Part shown: piece by piece, positions 1-12,590 of the stretch
How positions within the stretch are numbered: position 1 is the stretch's first letter
Layout: the number at the start of each line of letters is the position of its first letter
NCBI GenBank assembly: GCA_951406725.2
Contig: OX597817.1
Location: 137,702,001 to 137,766,000 of the forward strand
Source of the DNA: Octopus vulgaris
Taxonomy: Eukaryota
DNA: 64,000 nucleotides
Direction of reading: 5' to 3'
Translations under genes and position numbers: made by a program
Notes under the pieces: model-generated
Database searches by the model: none
The model's input: only the letters and a program-made list of their open reading frames with translations
Told to the model about the DNA's origin: nothing

Positions 1-1078
1 TTTATTTTCTCTTTCATTTGTGTGTGTTGTGTCTTATCTAGTTCATGGATTCCTAAGTATTTGTAAGTTTGGCTTTGGTCTAATTCTTTTATTTCATTGG
101 TTTTATCTAGTGTGATGTTGTTACTCTTAACTAGTTTTCCTCTTTTCATGGTTACTTTGGCGCATTTTTCTAATCCAAATTTCATATCTATTTCTTTGGT
201 AAATCCATGAACTGTCTTTAATAGTGTTTCCAGCTGTTTGTCATTTGCAGCGTATAATTTTAGGTCATCCATATATAAAAGGTGGCTGATCGTTTTGCCG
301 TAACATTTATATCCGCATCCAGTTCTATTTAGCATATCAGATAGAGGTGACAGTGCCAAGCAGAAAAGGAGTGGAGAGAGCGTGTCTCCCTGGAATATTC
401 CTCTTCTAATGGGGATGTCTTTGGTTTTCATGAGTCCCTCTTTTGTTTGGAGGTGTAGGACTGTTTGCCATTTATTCATAGAGTGCTCTATGAATTTTAT
501 GATTGTTGATGCTACTTTGTTAATGGCTAGTGTTTCGAGGATCCATGTGTGGGGGATGCTATCAAACGCCTTTTTGTAGTCAATCCAGGCCATACTGAGG
601 CCTTTCTTCTTTCTGTGGCTGTCTTCAGTTATGGCTTTATTAATCATTAGTTGATCTTTACAGCCATATGAGCCTTTGCGGCATCCTTTCTGTTCTTCTG
701 GGAACAGTTTGTTTTCGTCCAGGTGCTTGTTCAGCCTTTGTGATATCACTGCAGTAAATGCCTTGAACATAGTAGGGAGGCAGGTTATTGGTCTGTAGTT
801 TTCTGGTTTTTCTGTTTCATTTGATTTGGGAATTAAGATGGTTTTCCCCTTCGTGAGCCATTCAGGCATTGTCTCTGGCTCTGCTAGTATGCTGTTAAAG
901 TTTTCAGCCAGCTTTTTGTGCATTCCTGTTAGATATTTCAACCAGAAGTTGGGGATCTTGTCATGCCCAGGTGCCTTCCAGTTGCTTAGTTTTTGCAGTG
1001 CCTGGGTGACCTCTTCAGTTGTTATGGGGGTCCAAAGTTGTTCAGATGCCGAGTTTGTTATTTTCATACTCCTTTTTT
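1..1078 (-). CDS. Reverse transcriptase domain of the R4/Dong-like element; stop-free to the window edge, so absent from the ORF track
   Basis: Manual translation: ITTEEVTQALQKLSNWKAPGHDKIPNFWLK...NYRPITCLPT...SMAWIDYKKAFDSIPH...RGIFQGDTLSPLLF...HLLYMDDLKLYA...TYKYLG. YMDD is at 264-275. This frame is -1 relative to the upstream ORF. Confidence 0.9.
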
Positions 1079-2359
1079 TGGCTGTTCGTTCGCCGACCAT
1101 ATTTCTTTCCAGAATTCTTCCAATTCTTCTGCCGTTGGTGCTGCAGTGACTTCTATTTTATTTTTGCCCAGTTCTTGGTAGAACTTTTTGGGGTCGGAGT
1201 TGAACTTTTTGTTCTGTTCAAAGAAGCGTTGGCGTTTCTTGTACCGGCGGATCCTTTGTGCTTTGGCAAGGATATCTTGCTTCAGCTTTTCTTTTATTTC
1301 AGGCAAATCTTTCTCTGAGATGTTATATTTGCGGAGTATTTTTGTTCTCTTTTTGTTGCTCAGTAGCGTTGATTTTTTGCTGATTTCATTAAGAATCGAC
1401 AGGTCTTTTCTAATTTTTTTTATTTTGCTTTGGATGTTATTTATCCACAGGGTTTGTTTGGGTGGTGGTACTCCTGTCTGGGCAGGTTTGGGTGAGTATC
1501 CAGCTTCTTTTGTGGCTGCAGTGGCTGCTGCGTATATTAGGTTATTTAGCTCAGTGATATCACTTTTTTTTGATTCAGTGGCTATCAGTTCAGTGACGGC
1601 TAGGTTTATGCTGTTTATAATAGGTGTTGTTATTTCGTTTATTTTGATTCTTGGGAGGTATGGTCGGTGGTCCATTTTGAGCTCTGTGGTATTCAGTTCT
1701 TTGATTATTTTATTTTTTATATTATCATAATCATTAGGCTCCCCTTCGTTGTTTACATCGTGTTTGTTGGGAATGTTGCGTTTGTCTTCGTGTTTTACAG
1801 TTTCAGTGTTTATATTATTGGGCATTGTTGTGTGGCTTCTATCTACATTTTCCTGGTGTATGTTTTCTTTTAGGTGTTCTATTTCTATTTCTGATATTTT
1901 TTTTGTGTTGAGAATGTATCTTCGTACGTTAGCTAATTTATTAGGGTTCATTGCTGTATCCAAGTCTATATCTCTATTATTTTCCTTCCATATTTTATAT
2001 GTATGTGTTGTTGTATTTTCATTTTTTGGGTAGAGTACTGCTGTGAAGTATGCGTGTAAGATAGAAATGTATTCCTCACGTGTCCATTTACGTCTTTTGG
2101 GTTTTATTTGCGGGACATGAGGTACAACGTCCGGCCCATTATTTTGACGGTCGTCATTTTCGTAGGGTACCTGTCCGTTTATTTCTGTTGTCACATTATT
2201 TCGCACGTGTAGTTTTTCGTACATTTTTTGTTGTAGGTTTAATGTACGTACCGCTCGATTGTTATTCTTGGGTTGAATAGTATCGGTGGCATTTAATTTC
2301 TTCGTAGTTCCTTTGTACATGGTGTTTGGAGTCGGGGATGATCGTGATGTTTCACGCAT
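1064..2359 (-). CDS. N-terminal part of the R4/Dong-like ORF (431 aa), terminated by a frame disruption just before the RT
   Basis: ORF track. Contains the RRKWT..E motif, RIRRYKKR..F.QN..F..D.KKFY and FWKEIWS, all typical of the region upstream of the RT in R4-clade proteins. Confidence 0.78.
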   Translation of the reverse strand: MRETSRSSPTPNTMYKGTTKKLNATDTIQPKNNNRAVRTLNLQQKMYEKLHVRNNVTTEINGQVPYENDDRQNNGPDVVPHVPQIKPKRRKWTREEYISILHAYFTAVLYPKNENTTTHTYKIWKENNRDIDLDTAMNPNKLANVRRYILNTKKISEIEIEHLKENIHQENVDRSHTTMPNNINTETVKHEDKRNIPNKHDVNNEGEPNDYDNIKNKIIKELNTTELKMDHRPYLPRIKINEITTPIINSINLAVTELIATESKKSDITELNNLIYAAATAATKEAGYSPKPAQTGVPPPKQTLWINNIQSKIKKIRKDLSILNEISKKSTLLSNKKRTKILRKYNISEKDLPEIKEKLKQDILAKAQRIRRYKKRQRFFEQNKKFNSDPKKFYQELGKNKIEVTAAPTAEELEEFWKEIWSANEQPKKGV

Positions 2360-2578
2360 GTTTACATGTGTTGCGTTAGAGGTGGAGATGATATCGAGTC
2401 AAAATACATCATTTCGTTTCGAAAATAGTAATAAATTTCAATTAGTATTACTTACTCGGATACAGTCCAATTCTTTGTTAGTAAAACTTTGGCTCCATAG
2501 GATGTCCTTGTTTTCGATGTTTGTGGATAGGTTTCGGAGCTCTGAATTTTCCTTCTTACATCTTAAAAGTCCCCCGGT

Positions 2579-2758
<180 letters not shown>

Positions 2759-2759
2759 T

Positions 2760-3309
2760 GTGAGGGATCAGTGCATGCCATCAAAGTGGGACAGGGATAA
2801 AATATACGAAGCCCAGTATATCCAACATGACTACCCGTCTGATAAGGGTACACCAGGCACATGCATCACAACCATATGTGCGCGACACGGTGATCTCATA
2901 TCAAGATTAACAGCGCATGACCTCGCAGGTGGGGCCCAATTAGAATTTTCTTCAGGTCGAGTAGCCCATCCCGCTCAAAAATCTCTGAATACGGATTGTT
3001 TAAGGATGTTGAACGAAAAACCCATGTTTCCAGAGGGGAATTATTCAAACCCCAAAGAATCCCTCCCAACACATGGCTATAATGCTCCCCCACTACTTCT
3101 GCTCGTGATCAGAGATGCACATATCGTCAACCAGTAAGGAACATGCTCAAATGGTTAAAGTCAAACAACTGACAAGCAAATCTGTGGTATTGAGCAGAAA
3201 ATTTGTTGTAGACCATCTTTTATGCCAACACAAAACAAAGTACATGATAACACTTCCAATCAGTTAAGATCAGAAGCCATGAGAGCCACTGCCGGTACTG
3301 CATCAGGGC

Positions 3310-3312
<3 letters not shown>
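2760..3312. mobile_element. ~550 bp non-coding interspersed element bounded on both sides by (TAA)n tracts (non-autonomous element or LINE UTR)
   Basis: Complex GC-richer sequence with sharp borders at (TAT)n tracts and no credible ORF. Internal complementary segments include CATGGCT/AGCCATG and TTCTGCTC/GAGCAGAA. Recalled as a common octopus repeat, not verified. Confidence 0.55.

Positions 3313-3373
<61 letters not shown>
3313..3373. repeat. (TAT)n microsatellite; also the tail of the adjacent LINE fragment
   Basis: Directly visible. Confidence 0.97.
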
Positions 3374-3374
<1 letters not shown>

Positions 3375-4145
3375 CTTCGTAACACAGTGTAGGTAAAAAC
3401 GCACCAGAGTCTTTAGTCATCTGTCAAGTCACAACAAGTACCTCAGGCAGATAATACTTTCCTTAAGATCTGCGCTGCGCTCAATAAAGCTGCTTTTTGC
3501 AAGATATCAATCTTGCATGGGATTTTCAGTTGCCTTAAGAAGTTTTGAAGTTTCAATGTGATTGAGCCCAACACTCCGATCACCACTGGTATCACTTTTA
3601 TATTATCCTCTTGCATTCCACACAGTCTTGTTATTTCCACTTTCAATTTGGAGTACTTGGTGATTTGTTTCAACCTCTTTACTCACAGCATTTATGTCAT
3701 TTGGTATGGCTACTTCAATGATCTGACGGTATTCGTCTCTCTTATTCAATATGACAACATCTGGTGTACGGTGTTCGATTACACGATCCGACTGAAAATC
3801 ATAGTCCCAGAGTAACGTTACTTTTCCATCCTTCTGCATAACTTTACTCGGTACATGCTCATACCAGTTCTCTATTACTTCATATTGGTATTCATGGCAT
3901 AAGAGCCAATGAAGATACACACACATTTTATCGTGGCGGCGCTTGTATTCTTTTTGTGCAAGGCTCTCACATCCAATTACCAAGTGTCACATTTTCCACA
4001 CTCTTTCCACAGAGCCTGCATTTCTTTGTGTCAGAAGTTTTATAGATGTTATGCTTCACTGAATTGGTAGCGAGAGCCTGGTCTTGTGCAGCAGTGATCA
4101 GGCTTTCAGTGGTATGTTTCAAATCACCTCGCTCCAGCTATGCCC
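3374..4145 (-). mobile_element. 5'-truncated R4/Dong-like LINE 3' end (CCHC knuckle plus restriction-like endonuclease), frameshifted
   Basis: TESLITAAQDQAL; CRLC...VT(H)LVIGC; YKRRHD; HRTPDVV...IIEVAIP; KYSKL; IPVVIGVLG; LQKAALL..AQILRKVL*. Followed by a ~70 nt 3' UTR and a (TAA)n tail. Confidence 0.88.
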
Positions 4146-4149
4146 ACGA

Positions 4150-4599
4150 TGCTGCATTATCCTTAACGTTTTGTGTATTCCTTTCAAACTGTCCATACAC
4201 CAACTTGCAACACCTCCAATAAACGTCTGGAGAAATTATTTAGACTCAGGCCATATACCGAAATAGTTCTTATCCCAATCTGTCATCTCGGTCTTGAAAA
4301 AGGGAAAGATATTTCTTGCATTTAACTATCGCCCAATCTCACTCACCTCCCATATCATCAAAGTGTTTGAAAATGTGGTGAGATCCAAGATAATTGTCTT
4401 CCTGAAGAACCACAAGCGTCTAAATTCCAACCAGCATGGCTTTCGCTACCGCAGGGACTATCTAACACAGCTCTTACATCACATTGATGATGATCTTAAA
4501 GCCTTGGAATTAGGCTCGAATTCTGATGCCATATATCTTGACTTCAGCAAAGCGTTCGACAGTGTCAACCACAATACCTTCCTGTCAAAATTGTCAAAT
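4150..4599 (+). mobile_element. CR1/L2-group LINE RT fragment
   Basis: NYRPISLTSHIIKVFE, QHGFR and AIYLDFSKAFDSVNH in ORF 4294-4698. Confidence 0.82.
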
Positions 4600-5053
4600 C
4601 GGAGACCAGACATTGTTGTGGTAGATAAAGGAGAAAAGGAAACCAAAATCATGGATATTGCCATAGCCAAGGACGCACGCATTGAGGACAAGGAGTAGGA
4701 AAAGATGGAATACAGACTCCTAAATAACGTGGGTAAGGGGAGAGTCATTGCTATCTCAGTAGTTGTAGGGCACTCGAAGTACTAACAACCAGGTTCGAAA
4801 AATATGTCGGAGAAATTGGAATTACCATGATGGCAGAGCAGGCCCCCAAAACTGCTCTATTAGGGTTAGCTAGGATTTTGCGATTGGCGCTTAGGTGTTG
4901 AGTATCTTTCTCTGTGATAAATTAACATTAAGGAACCAAAGCTTATAATTTGCGGAAAGAGAGCGTGTTAGACCTCTGACAAAGGCTGCTGTTCGCTCTC
5001 ACGAAATCAACCTGAGCAAGTAAGACCGTGAGCTCTGAGAAGTAAAACAATAA

Positions 5054-5055
<2 letters not shown>
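4600..5055 (+). mobile_element. 5'-truncated R4/Dong-like LINE 3' end (RLE domain plus 3' UTR)
   Basis: RRPDIVVVDK...IMDIAI...KE*EK; VVVGA; KTALLG..RILRL. The 3' UTR has a GAGAGCG/CGCTCTC stem and ends in (TAG)n. Confidence 0.8.
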
Positions 5056-5122
<67 letters not shown>

Positions 5123-5138
5123 AGTAGTGGTAGTAGTA
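5055..5138. repeat. (TAG)n microsatellite tail
   Basis: Directly visible. Confidence 0.97.
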
Positions 5139-5643
5139 AATTAATAAAAAAAAAATAGCAGGCTCTAAATGGTATTGAGGTGTATATCTGGAATTGAAAG
5201 CAAGGCCCTGTACCCGGTGCCTGGTGTAGATTAAGGTCTAAGCGTGGTAGAGACTATTTCCTGAAACTCTAATTTCTTGGTAAGGGGGCGTTTATTGACA
5301 TAAGAATTAAGCAAGCGTGTGCTCGAGTGTCAGATTGCTGTTCGCTTCAATAAAGTTCTTAAGTGACCCCTAGCTGACAGGAAATCATTACAAATTAACC
5401 AACAAGCACGTGAATAAAAACAAAAAAGAAATTTCCACTAATTACTTATATTTTGGGGTGTAGATTATATTTTGGACAACTATACTAGAAAACCAGACGG
5501 TAACGGATACATACACATACATACTTCCAGGTACACACACACACACACGCCACATGCAAGTAGATCCCCTCCACACCACTACACACACACACTGCAGACA
5601 CTAGTAACTCGCTAATCACTCATACATGTATATAACTGTGCAA

Positions 5644-5647
<4 letters not shown>

Positions 5648-5722
<75 letters not shown>

Positions 5723-5793
5723 AGAGAACGGGAGAGTGTATATGTGTAAAAATACCAAAACCTGCGAGTGTATATATGTTGAAATTAGTTTCT

Positions 5794-5880
<87 letters not shown>
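5648..5880. repeat. (GT)n and (TA)n microsatellites
   Basis: Directly visible. Confidence 0.95.
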
Positions 5881-5882
<2 letters not shown>

Positions 5883-6281
5883 ATTAATATTATATATCAA
5901 TTAGACGTGCATATATGTACATATATACGTGTGTTTGTGTATGTGTGTGTATGCAGACACGCATACATAGACTCATACACGCATATACATACTTATGAGC
6001 CTCACGTATATTAATAAATATCTTTCGATGTAATACAAGAATTTCCATTCTAAGCTGTTTCTATAGTTTTAAGAGACAAACTTGAAGATTACATGCAAGG
6101 ATGCTTTGCAGGAATATGCTTCACCAATGTGGTGGCATTTTGGCGTCATATTCTACTCTGCCATAAAAGAAATTCTATGTGAAATGGTAACATTTTATCC
6201 CTGGGAGCCTGTATTCCCTACTTCTTAGTTAGGAGGTTCCAAGCCTGCATCTGCTCAACACTAATGAAACAAATGTAATGT

Positions 6282-6740
6282 AGGAGTTGGCTGTATGGTA
6301 AGTAGCTTGCTTACCGACTTCATGGTTCCGGGTTCAGTCCCACTGCGTGGCACCTTGGACAAGTGTCTTCTACTATAGCCTCGGGCCAACCAAAGCCTTG
6401 TGAGTGGATTTGGTAGGCAGAAACTGAAAGAAGCCTGTCGTATATATGTATATGTATATGTATATCGAGACAAAAAGGATGCCAACAACAACAACAACAA
6501 TGTATGTATGTATGTATGTGTGTATATGTTTGTGTGTCTGTGTTTGTCCCCCCAACCTCGCTTGACAACCGATGGTGGTGTGTTTACGTTCCCGTAACTT
6601 GGCGGTTCGGGAAAGATACCGATAGAATAAGTACTAGGCTTACAAAGAATAAGTCCTGAGGTCGATTTGCTCGACTAAAGGCGGTGCTCCAGCATGGCCG
6701 CAGTCAAATGACTGAAACAAGTAAAAGAGTAAAGAGAGTA
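6282..6740 (+). mobile_element. tRNA-derived SINE, type A (internal microsatellite, LINE-like 3' tail)
   Basis: A-box-like TGGCTGTATGGTA, B-box-like GGTTCAGTCC, central GGCACCTTGGACAAGTGTC, tail GGCGGTGCTCCAGCATGGCC...GTAAAAGAG. Homologous copies at ~18115, ~28859, ~42360 and ~58478. Confidence 0.85.
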
Positions 6741-7764
6741 ATATTGAAAAATAATGACTTCCAATTTTGGCAGAGAGGAAGGAAGCAAGTCGATTACCTC
6801 GACCCCCGTGTTTAACTGGTACTTATTTTATCGGCTCCGAAAACAAAAAAATTGAAAACAAAGTTAACCTGGGTGGAACGCAAACTCAGAACGTAAAGAC
6901 GATTGAAATGCCGCTAAGCATTCTTTCCGCCGGTGTGCTAACGATTCGGCCAGCTGACAGCCCTGACGGGGAACGTAAAATGTTTGAAGAATACTCTTTT
7001 GTGCATGGAAAGATTAATCAGTCCTCCATCTACAGCCACCAGTGTCCACTTTGTGGCAAACATTCAGACCAAGTTTCTCGTTTAACGATAATCTCTTAAC
7101 CAGCCAGCGATTAATCTACTGGCAATTAAAAAATGTTAAATCTATATTTCTCACACAGAGTTTGCGTTTATCGGAGACTTTGGTAAATGACACTTATCCA
7201 GTGAGAAGGATTCCAGGATTTCAAGAATGCGAAACAAGCATTTTAAACTCCATCTTGGTCTGCGTCTAAGCACGTGACTGCTAGAGGATTAGAATGTTGA
7301 ATCTAAGGCGTAGATGGAACGAATATTTATTTCAAGATGATTTTTATCATTACGTTACATTTTGTAGATCCAATAGCGATGATTGTCTGTTGGCTCACCG
7401 CATTCTGCTGCTCTTGGTCAGCAATCGCGTCTTTAGCACCAAACCGTATTAACCGCGGCTAACTTCTGTATATATCGAAGAGGAGTCGTCCTCTGGCAAG
7501 CACATGTCTGTGTGTATGTTTGTGCGTGTGTTATGAAAATATACAAATGTAATTTACATGCTATGGAAACCATTTAAACGTTCGTTAAAACAGAAATACT
7601 TAATAAAAGAAATTGTTTCAGATTTATTTCTAATATTCGTGAAAATGATAGGAGAGAGAGGACAATATATTCCTTGGTATTTACTTGTCCACTGCTCTAA
7701 ATCCCAGCACACCCTCTTCGTACATTTGTGACCCTGGAATATTGTTATTTATATAATATCCACA

Positions 7765-8172
7765 ATATTCTTTTCTACTCTAGGCACAAGGCCTGAAATT
7801 TTTTTTTTTGGGGGGGGGGAGCCAGTCGATTAGATCGACACCAGTACGCATCTGGTGCTTAATTTAATCCGAAAAGATGAAAGGCAAAGTCGACTTCGGC
7901 GGAATTTGAACTCAGAACGTAGAGGCAGACGAAAAACCTATTTCTTTACTACCCACAAGGGGCTAAACACAGAGGAGACAAACAAGGACAGACAGACGGA
8001 TTAAGTCGATTATATCGACCCCAGTGCGTAGCTGGTACTTAATTTATCGACTCCGAAAGGATGATATGGCAAAGTCGACCTCAGCGGAATTTGAACTTAG
8101 AACGTAAAGGCAGACGAAATACGGCTACGCATTTCGCTCGGCGTGCTAACGATTCTGCCAGCTCGCCGCCTT
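7765..8172 (-). mobile_element. tRNA-derived SINE, type B, dimer/nested pair
   Basis: Head GGCGGCGAGCTGGCAGAA, B-box-like GTTCAAATTCC, central GCCTTTCATCCTTTCGGGGTCGATAAATTAAGTACCAG-like domain present twice. Same arrangement as 58975-59372. Confidence 0.85.
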
Positions 8173-8961
8173 CATTTCTTCTGCCTCACCGCCTTATAAT
8201 ATTTACAATATTACAACATATTTTTTCACAAACGATGTTCCCATTGACTTTTCTTATTTTTCACTTCTACCCCTTGCTAACAAAGAATTCAAATACGTTA
8301 TATCTTATATCTTACATCTCAACAGACTTTCCCATAACTACACCATAATTCTGGCTATCAAATAAAACCAAAATTCTGTCTATTTCGATGATTTTTCTCT
8401 TTGACTCTATTTCTGACAGATGATTGAACCTGTTAACACCAATATATCACTGGTATTAATGTTATGTTCTCTGCTGAAGTTTGGATTATATAACAGTGAA
8501 GAAATATAATATTTGCAGCAATAAATTCCTAGCGTGCTGCCAATAGACCGAAGTGACGAAACACCAATCAGAAGGACACAGAGTTAATTGTCTCAAGAAT
8601 TGATTTCATGCAGAGCCACTTAATTCTTCGATATTGCGTGTTCCATTTTTGGAATGTGCATTATGATGACAGAATAATATAAACGTGTCAATAGTATTAC
8701 TAACCGGAATCGGATTACCAACTCTCTTCATATTCAAGACCAAAGAATCGTTATTTTATAGAATTGGAAAATATATAGACATGCTACCAATGATTTCCAT
8801 TCTTATAACTCTCTCCCTCCCCACCCTCTCTCTCTCTCGCTCTGTATCACATACACTCCCCCGATATAGGGTGCGTAAATATGTGTGTATGAGTCTACAA
8901 ATACATACGTATATACATACATATATATGTACGCATGTGTGTATGTACGTATATATATATA

Positions 8962-9170
8962 TCGTTAATCCAAACATGAAAACACAAAGAGAAAACAACG
9001 ACGCGAGGACGTGGAACAAGTATAGTGTTATTGGACGCTCAGGAAAGGAAAGAAAGAAGGAGGATTTAACGTTTCGAGCGGAGCTCTTCGTCAGAAACAT
9101 AGGAAAAGGAAAGATCCAAAGAAGGGAAAACGGAGGGAAAACAATCGCCAACGGTACACACGCGGTCACT
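8962..9170 (-). mobile_element. Short PLE-terminal-repeat-like element in a TA/TG microsatellite, carrying a hammerhead motif
   Basis: Minus strand CTGACGA-A-GAGC-TCC-GCTC-GAAA-CGTT. Its end (8963-9012) recurs in reverse complement at ~47673-47721. Confidence 0.65.
9064..9100 (-). ncRNA. Minimal type-I hammerhead ribozyme motif
   Basis: CUGACGA core with one extra A, stem II GAGC/GCUC, GAAA, palindromic loopless stem III (ACGU), short stem I GUUU/AAAU. Confidence 0.6.
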
Positions 9171-9346
9171 TATGTGTGTGTGCTTGTGTGTGTGTGTGTG
9201 TGTATGTATGTATATATGTATGTATGCATGTATGTATGTATGTATGTATATATGTATGTATGTATATATGTATGTATGCATGCATGTATGTATGTATGTA
9301 TATATGTATGTATGCTTGTATGTATGTATGTATGAATGTATGTATG

Positions 9347-9380
<34 letters not shown>

Positions 9381-10383
9381 TGTATGTATGTTTGTATGTA
9401 TGTATATTAGCAGTCCAATAGAAGATGTTGAAAGTAACGTTTGACAAAATTTCCCTCCATCTGAAATGATGGGTTTTCTTTTCAAATCTCAGCAACTTGT
9501 ATTAAAGTTGAAACCTCAACCAATGAAGCCGCCATGTTAGAGAAATAAGATATTCTGTGGTTGGTTCGCATATCTGGCACCATTCAAAGACATTGGGTTT
9601 TCCATAATGTCTTCTTTCCATGTTATCTTATATGTTGACTGATGATCGTATGTCATTCGTTTTGTTGTCGTTTTGTTGGTTGTTTTGTACATTGGTGCTG
9701 AAAATATTTTTCATATATATTATTATATACAACAACTATATAGAAACTGTGATGAGATACAATCTTCACTTCTTTGCCCAAAGAATTACTTTCATTTTTG
9801 TTTTGTTTATGTTGTTTTATTTATTTACTCATTATGCAAGACAAAAACATTTTGTTGTCCAAGGAAACGGGAGGTTTATACCATTCAAAATCCCATGAAC
9901 GTCAAGCAAGCACTAAAATTGATATCTGGTCTCGGCTTCCCACGTGTTTAATTCCTCTCCTAGAAGGACTCCCGATGGTATCTAATTAGTATTTTCCCTT
10001 AAAACAGCTAATGACCAAACCAATAATTTGCCAGCTCTTGGCTAAAGAATATTCGCATTTCATTACTTAGCAGCTTGGCTGAAATCAACTCACAAGAATT
10101 TCGTACAGAACGACCAATTCATAGCTTTCCAGTTCAAAACTAATGGGAATGTTTTATCTTGTAGTTCAATGAATTATGAGCACAGTGTATCAGGTCGTCG
10201 CGATACTCCAAGATTTCTTATCAAGAAGAGATCTTTTCAATTATCTCTATGAAATCGAAGGTATAATTTGATTTTTAAAAATCAATCCTGCGCTACAAAT
10301 TACTGAGGCTCGCAAAAGGATTTCTCTGAGATTACTGACACAGGATAAAGGATTAAAACATTTCTGGTTCTAATCATTTGTAG

Positions 10384-10385
10384 GA

Positions 10386-10461
<76 letters not shown>

Positions 10462-10487
10462 ATGAATGAATGAAAGAATGAAAGAAA
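10384..10487. repeat. (GAAA)n / (GAAT)n microsatellite
   Basis: Directly visible. Confidence 0.97.
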
Positions 10488-11849
10488 GGCTTCGTTATAA
10501 ATCTCTGAAATAATTAATTTGAAATTTACGAATATCGAGATGAAATAATCAAAACATTAGAAACAAAAAATAAATAAAGAAAAAGTTCTGTAAGAATAGA
10601 TATTAATCTGAAAGTGTTATGGTGCCATTTTGTATGTTTTAAGACGCCCACTTTAAAGAAAAGTTAGAGTTGGAACGATCAACAAAGAAAGAAAGGTTTA
10701 CTGGTTTCTGCACCAAATAGTAATAACCATATCATCAATAATTCACCGATGTAACTTTTGCAAAACAAGATGGAAGAAGTTGCCTTGCGTTGCGTTTTAT
10801 TTAAAGTTACTCGTCTTAATTATTTATCTGGGAAACATAAAAAATAGCCAAGTGACAAAGTTAATCCAACACAGTCTTCTGTAATACTAATGGAAATTTG
10901 TCTTATCCGATTACTACTGGGGAAAGCAAATACTATAACAACCTTGTAAATCTTATATAAGTTCTCTTTTGATTAATATTTATTACACTTAATAACAAAC
11001 GCCACCATAATAAAACAGAAGACGGAACCAAGTGAAAAGAAGGAGATGAATTGAGTTCCTGGCTGGAAGTATTGTACTTAATGTTGTTAATAATATTTAG
11101 AAAAGGTTTGAACGTCACAATCATCACAGTTTTAGTCCGTCGTAATTTGTGGCTTTGTGTCTATTTTTAAAAGCCCATTACAGCTATAAAAAATCATAGA
11201 AACGTCGCAAACTGAATGCTTTTAAAAAGTTCAAACAGTCGAATATATTTTATGCGTTGAGGAATCAAAGAATTGTACCGTTTCCGACAAAACCGTTTGA
11301 TGTCCGTTTACAAATGTTACCGGAGAGATGATAAGTTGTTTACCAATGTGTAATGGATTAATAATCCCCTAACACCAGTAAACAACCCGTCTCTGACGTA
11401 TCTGTTTATTAGAGTTTACTGGATCATTAGCAAATAACTCCTGTCTTTGATGCAGAAATCATAAACAGATGACCTAGTTACTTTTAATCTTCGCTACTCT
11501 TCCTAGAAATCCGGTGACGATCGTCTTGGTTTTCGATATCTAAATTGGCTGGATTATTTATACATTTTTTCTGTCATTTTTGGAAATGCTCTTGCAATTT
11601 GGAACCAAACAGTTTGTTTATAAAACCTACGACAATTGTAAATTATTCCTATTCTATTGGGAATATTCTTCTTAATTAGCCTAACACTAATGATGCAGAC
11701 AGTAGTTTGTTAACTTGGATATATTTAGCGTGACTGACACAGGGTTTGAATTCATTTACACTGCAAATATTGTGCTGTAGGACTCATAATTAATGGAAAT
11801 TAAAATCCTTAAACCCGCTGGTTTTAGGATCTAAAGTTCAAGGTTTCCT

Positions 11850-12260
11850 TTCTTAAATGGCTTAGTGAGGTGTTCATCTCCATACTGGGCCAACTGCGGC
11901 GAATGTCAGACTCCAATACATACACTGATTCATTCAACCACCTTATCATACGTTGTCGACCTCTATACTTTTCCGCCAAGGTAGGCGACTTTCCTTTACC
12001 CTCCACAAATGACCGACCGTTCCTGATTACTTTGAGGCGTCACAGATTCCACAGTTATCTGTGTCCCTCTCGCTTTTTAGAAGGCGACTCGTCCCACAGT
12101 TACATCAGCTGGTATTCCATGGAATGAAATACAAACAGTTCTTGGAGATGATGTCTTTTGATGGAGGCGTTGACCTATTTGTCTACTTTACGTCAGAAGT
12201 ATGTTGGGAATATTTCGGGTCTGCAGATCCAACATTAGCTTCGTATCCAAAAATAGGTTC
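11850..12260 (-). mobile_element. Degenerate Penelope-like element GIY-YIG endonuclease relic
   Basis: Broken translation resembles KDIISKNC(V)Y.IP...GETSRLLK.R..EHR...R.L.ES...PSMEMN. Many indels. Confidence 0.45.
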
Positions 12261-12404
12261 AACCTTTCGGGGATATTTTCAACCATCCTTTCCACTGTCA
12301 CTCTACCAATTCTACCCTTCCCTGCCTTTATGTTCTACCACCTCTACCCTGCAACCCAATGTGCTAAACAATCCCTGTTACAATCAAAACAACAGCTGTT
12401 TCTG

Positions 12405-12590
12405 ATTTAGTCACAAGGCCAGCAATTTTAAGAGTGGAGAGGGTATGTCAGCACCTTCAACCGCAGTATTTAACTAGTATTTTATTTTATTGACCTCGTA
12501 AGTACGGAAACTCATATTGACCTCAGCAGGATTTGAACACAGAACGTAAAGAGCCGTATTTTTACGATGCTCAAACGATTCTGCTTTGCA
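12405..12590 (-). mobile_element. Degenerate SINE type B
   Basis: Similar to the 7765-8172 unit (CACAAGGCC..., GACCTCAGCAGGATTTGAAC.CAGAACGTAAAG). Confidence 0.65.

Noticed and set aside
7446-7460. GTATTAACCGCGGCT resembling a conserved SSU rRNA primer site
   Set aside because: Short imperfect match with no flanking rRNA homology.
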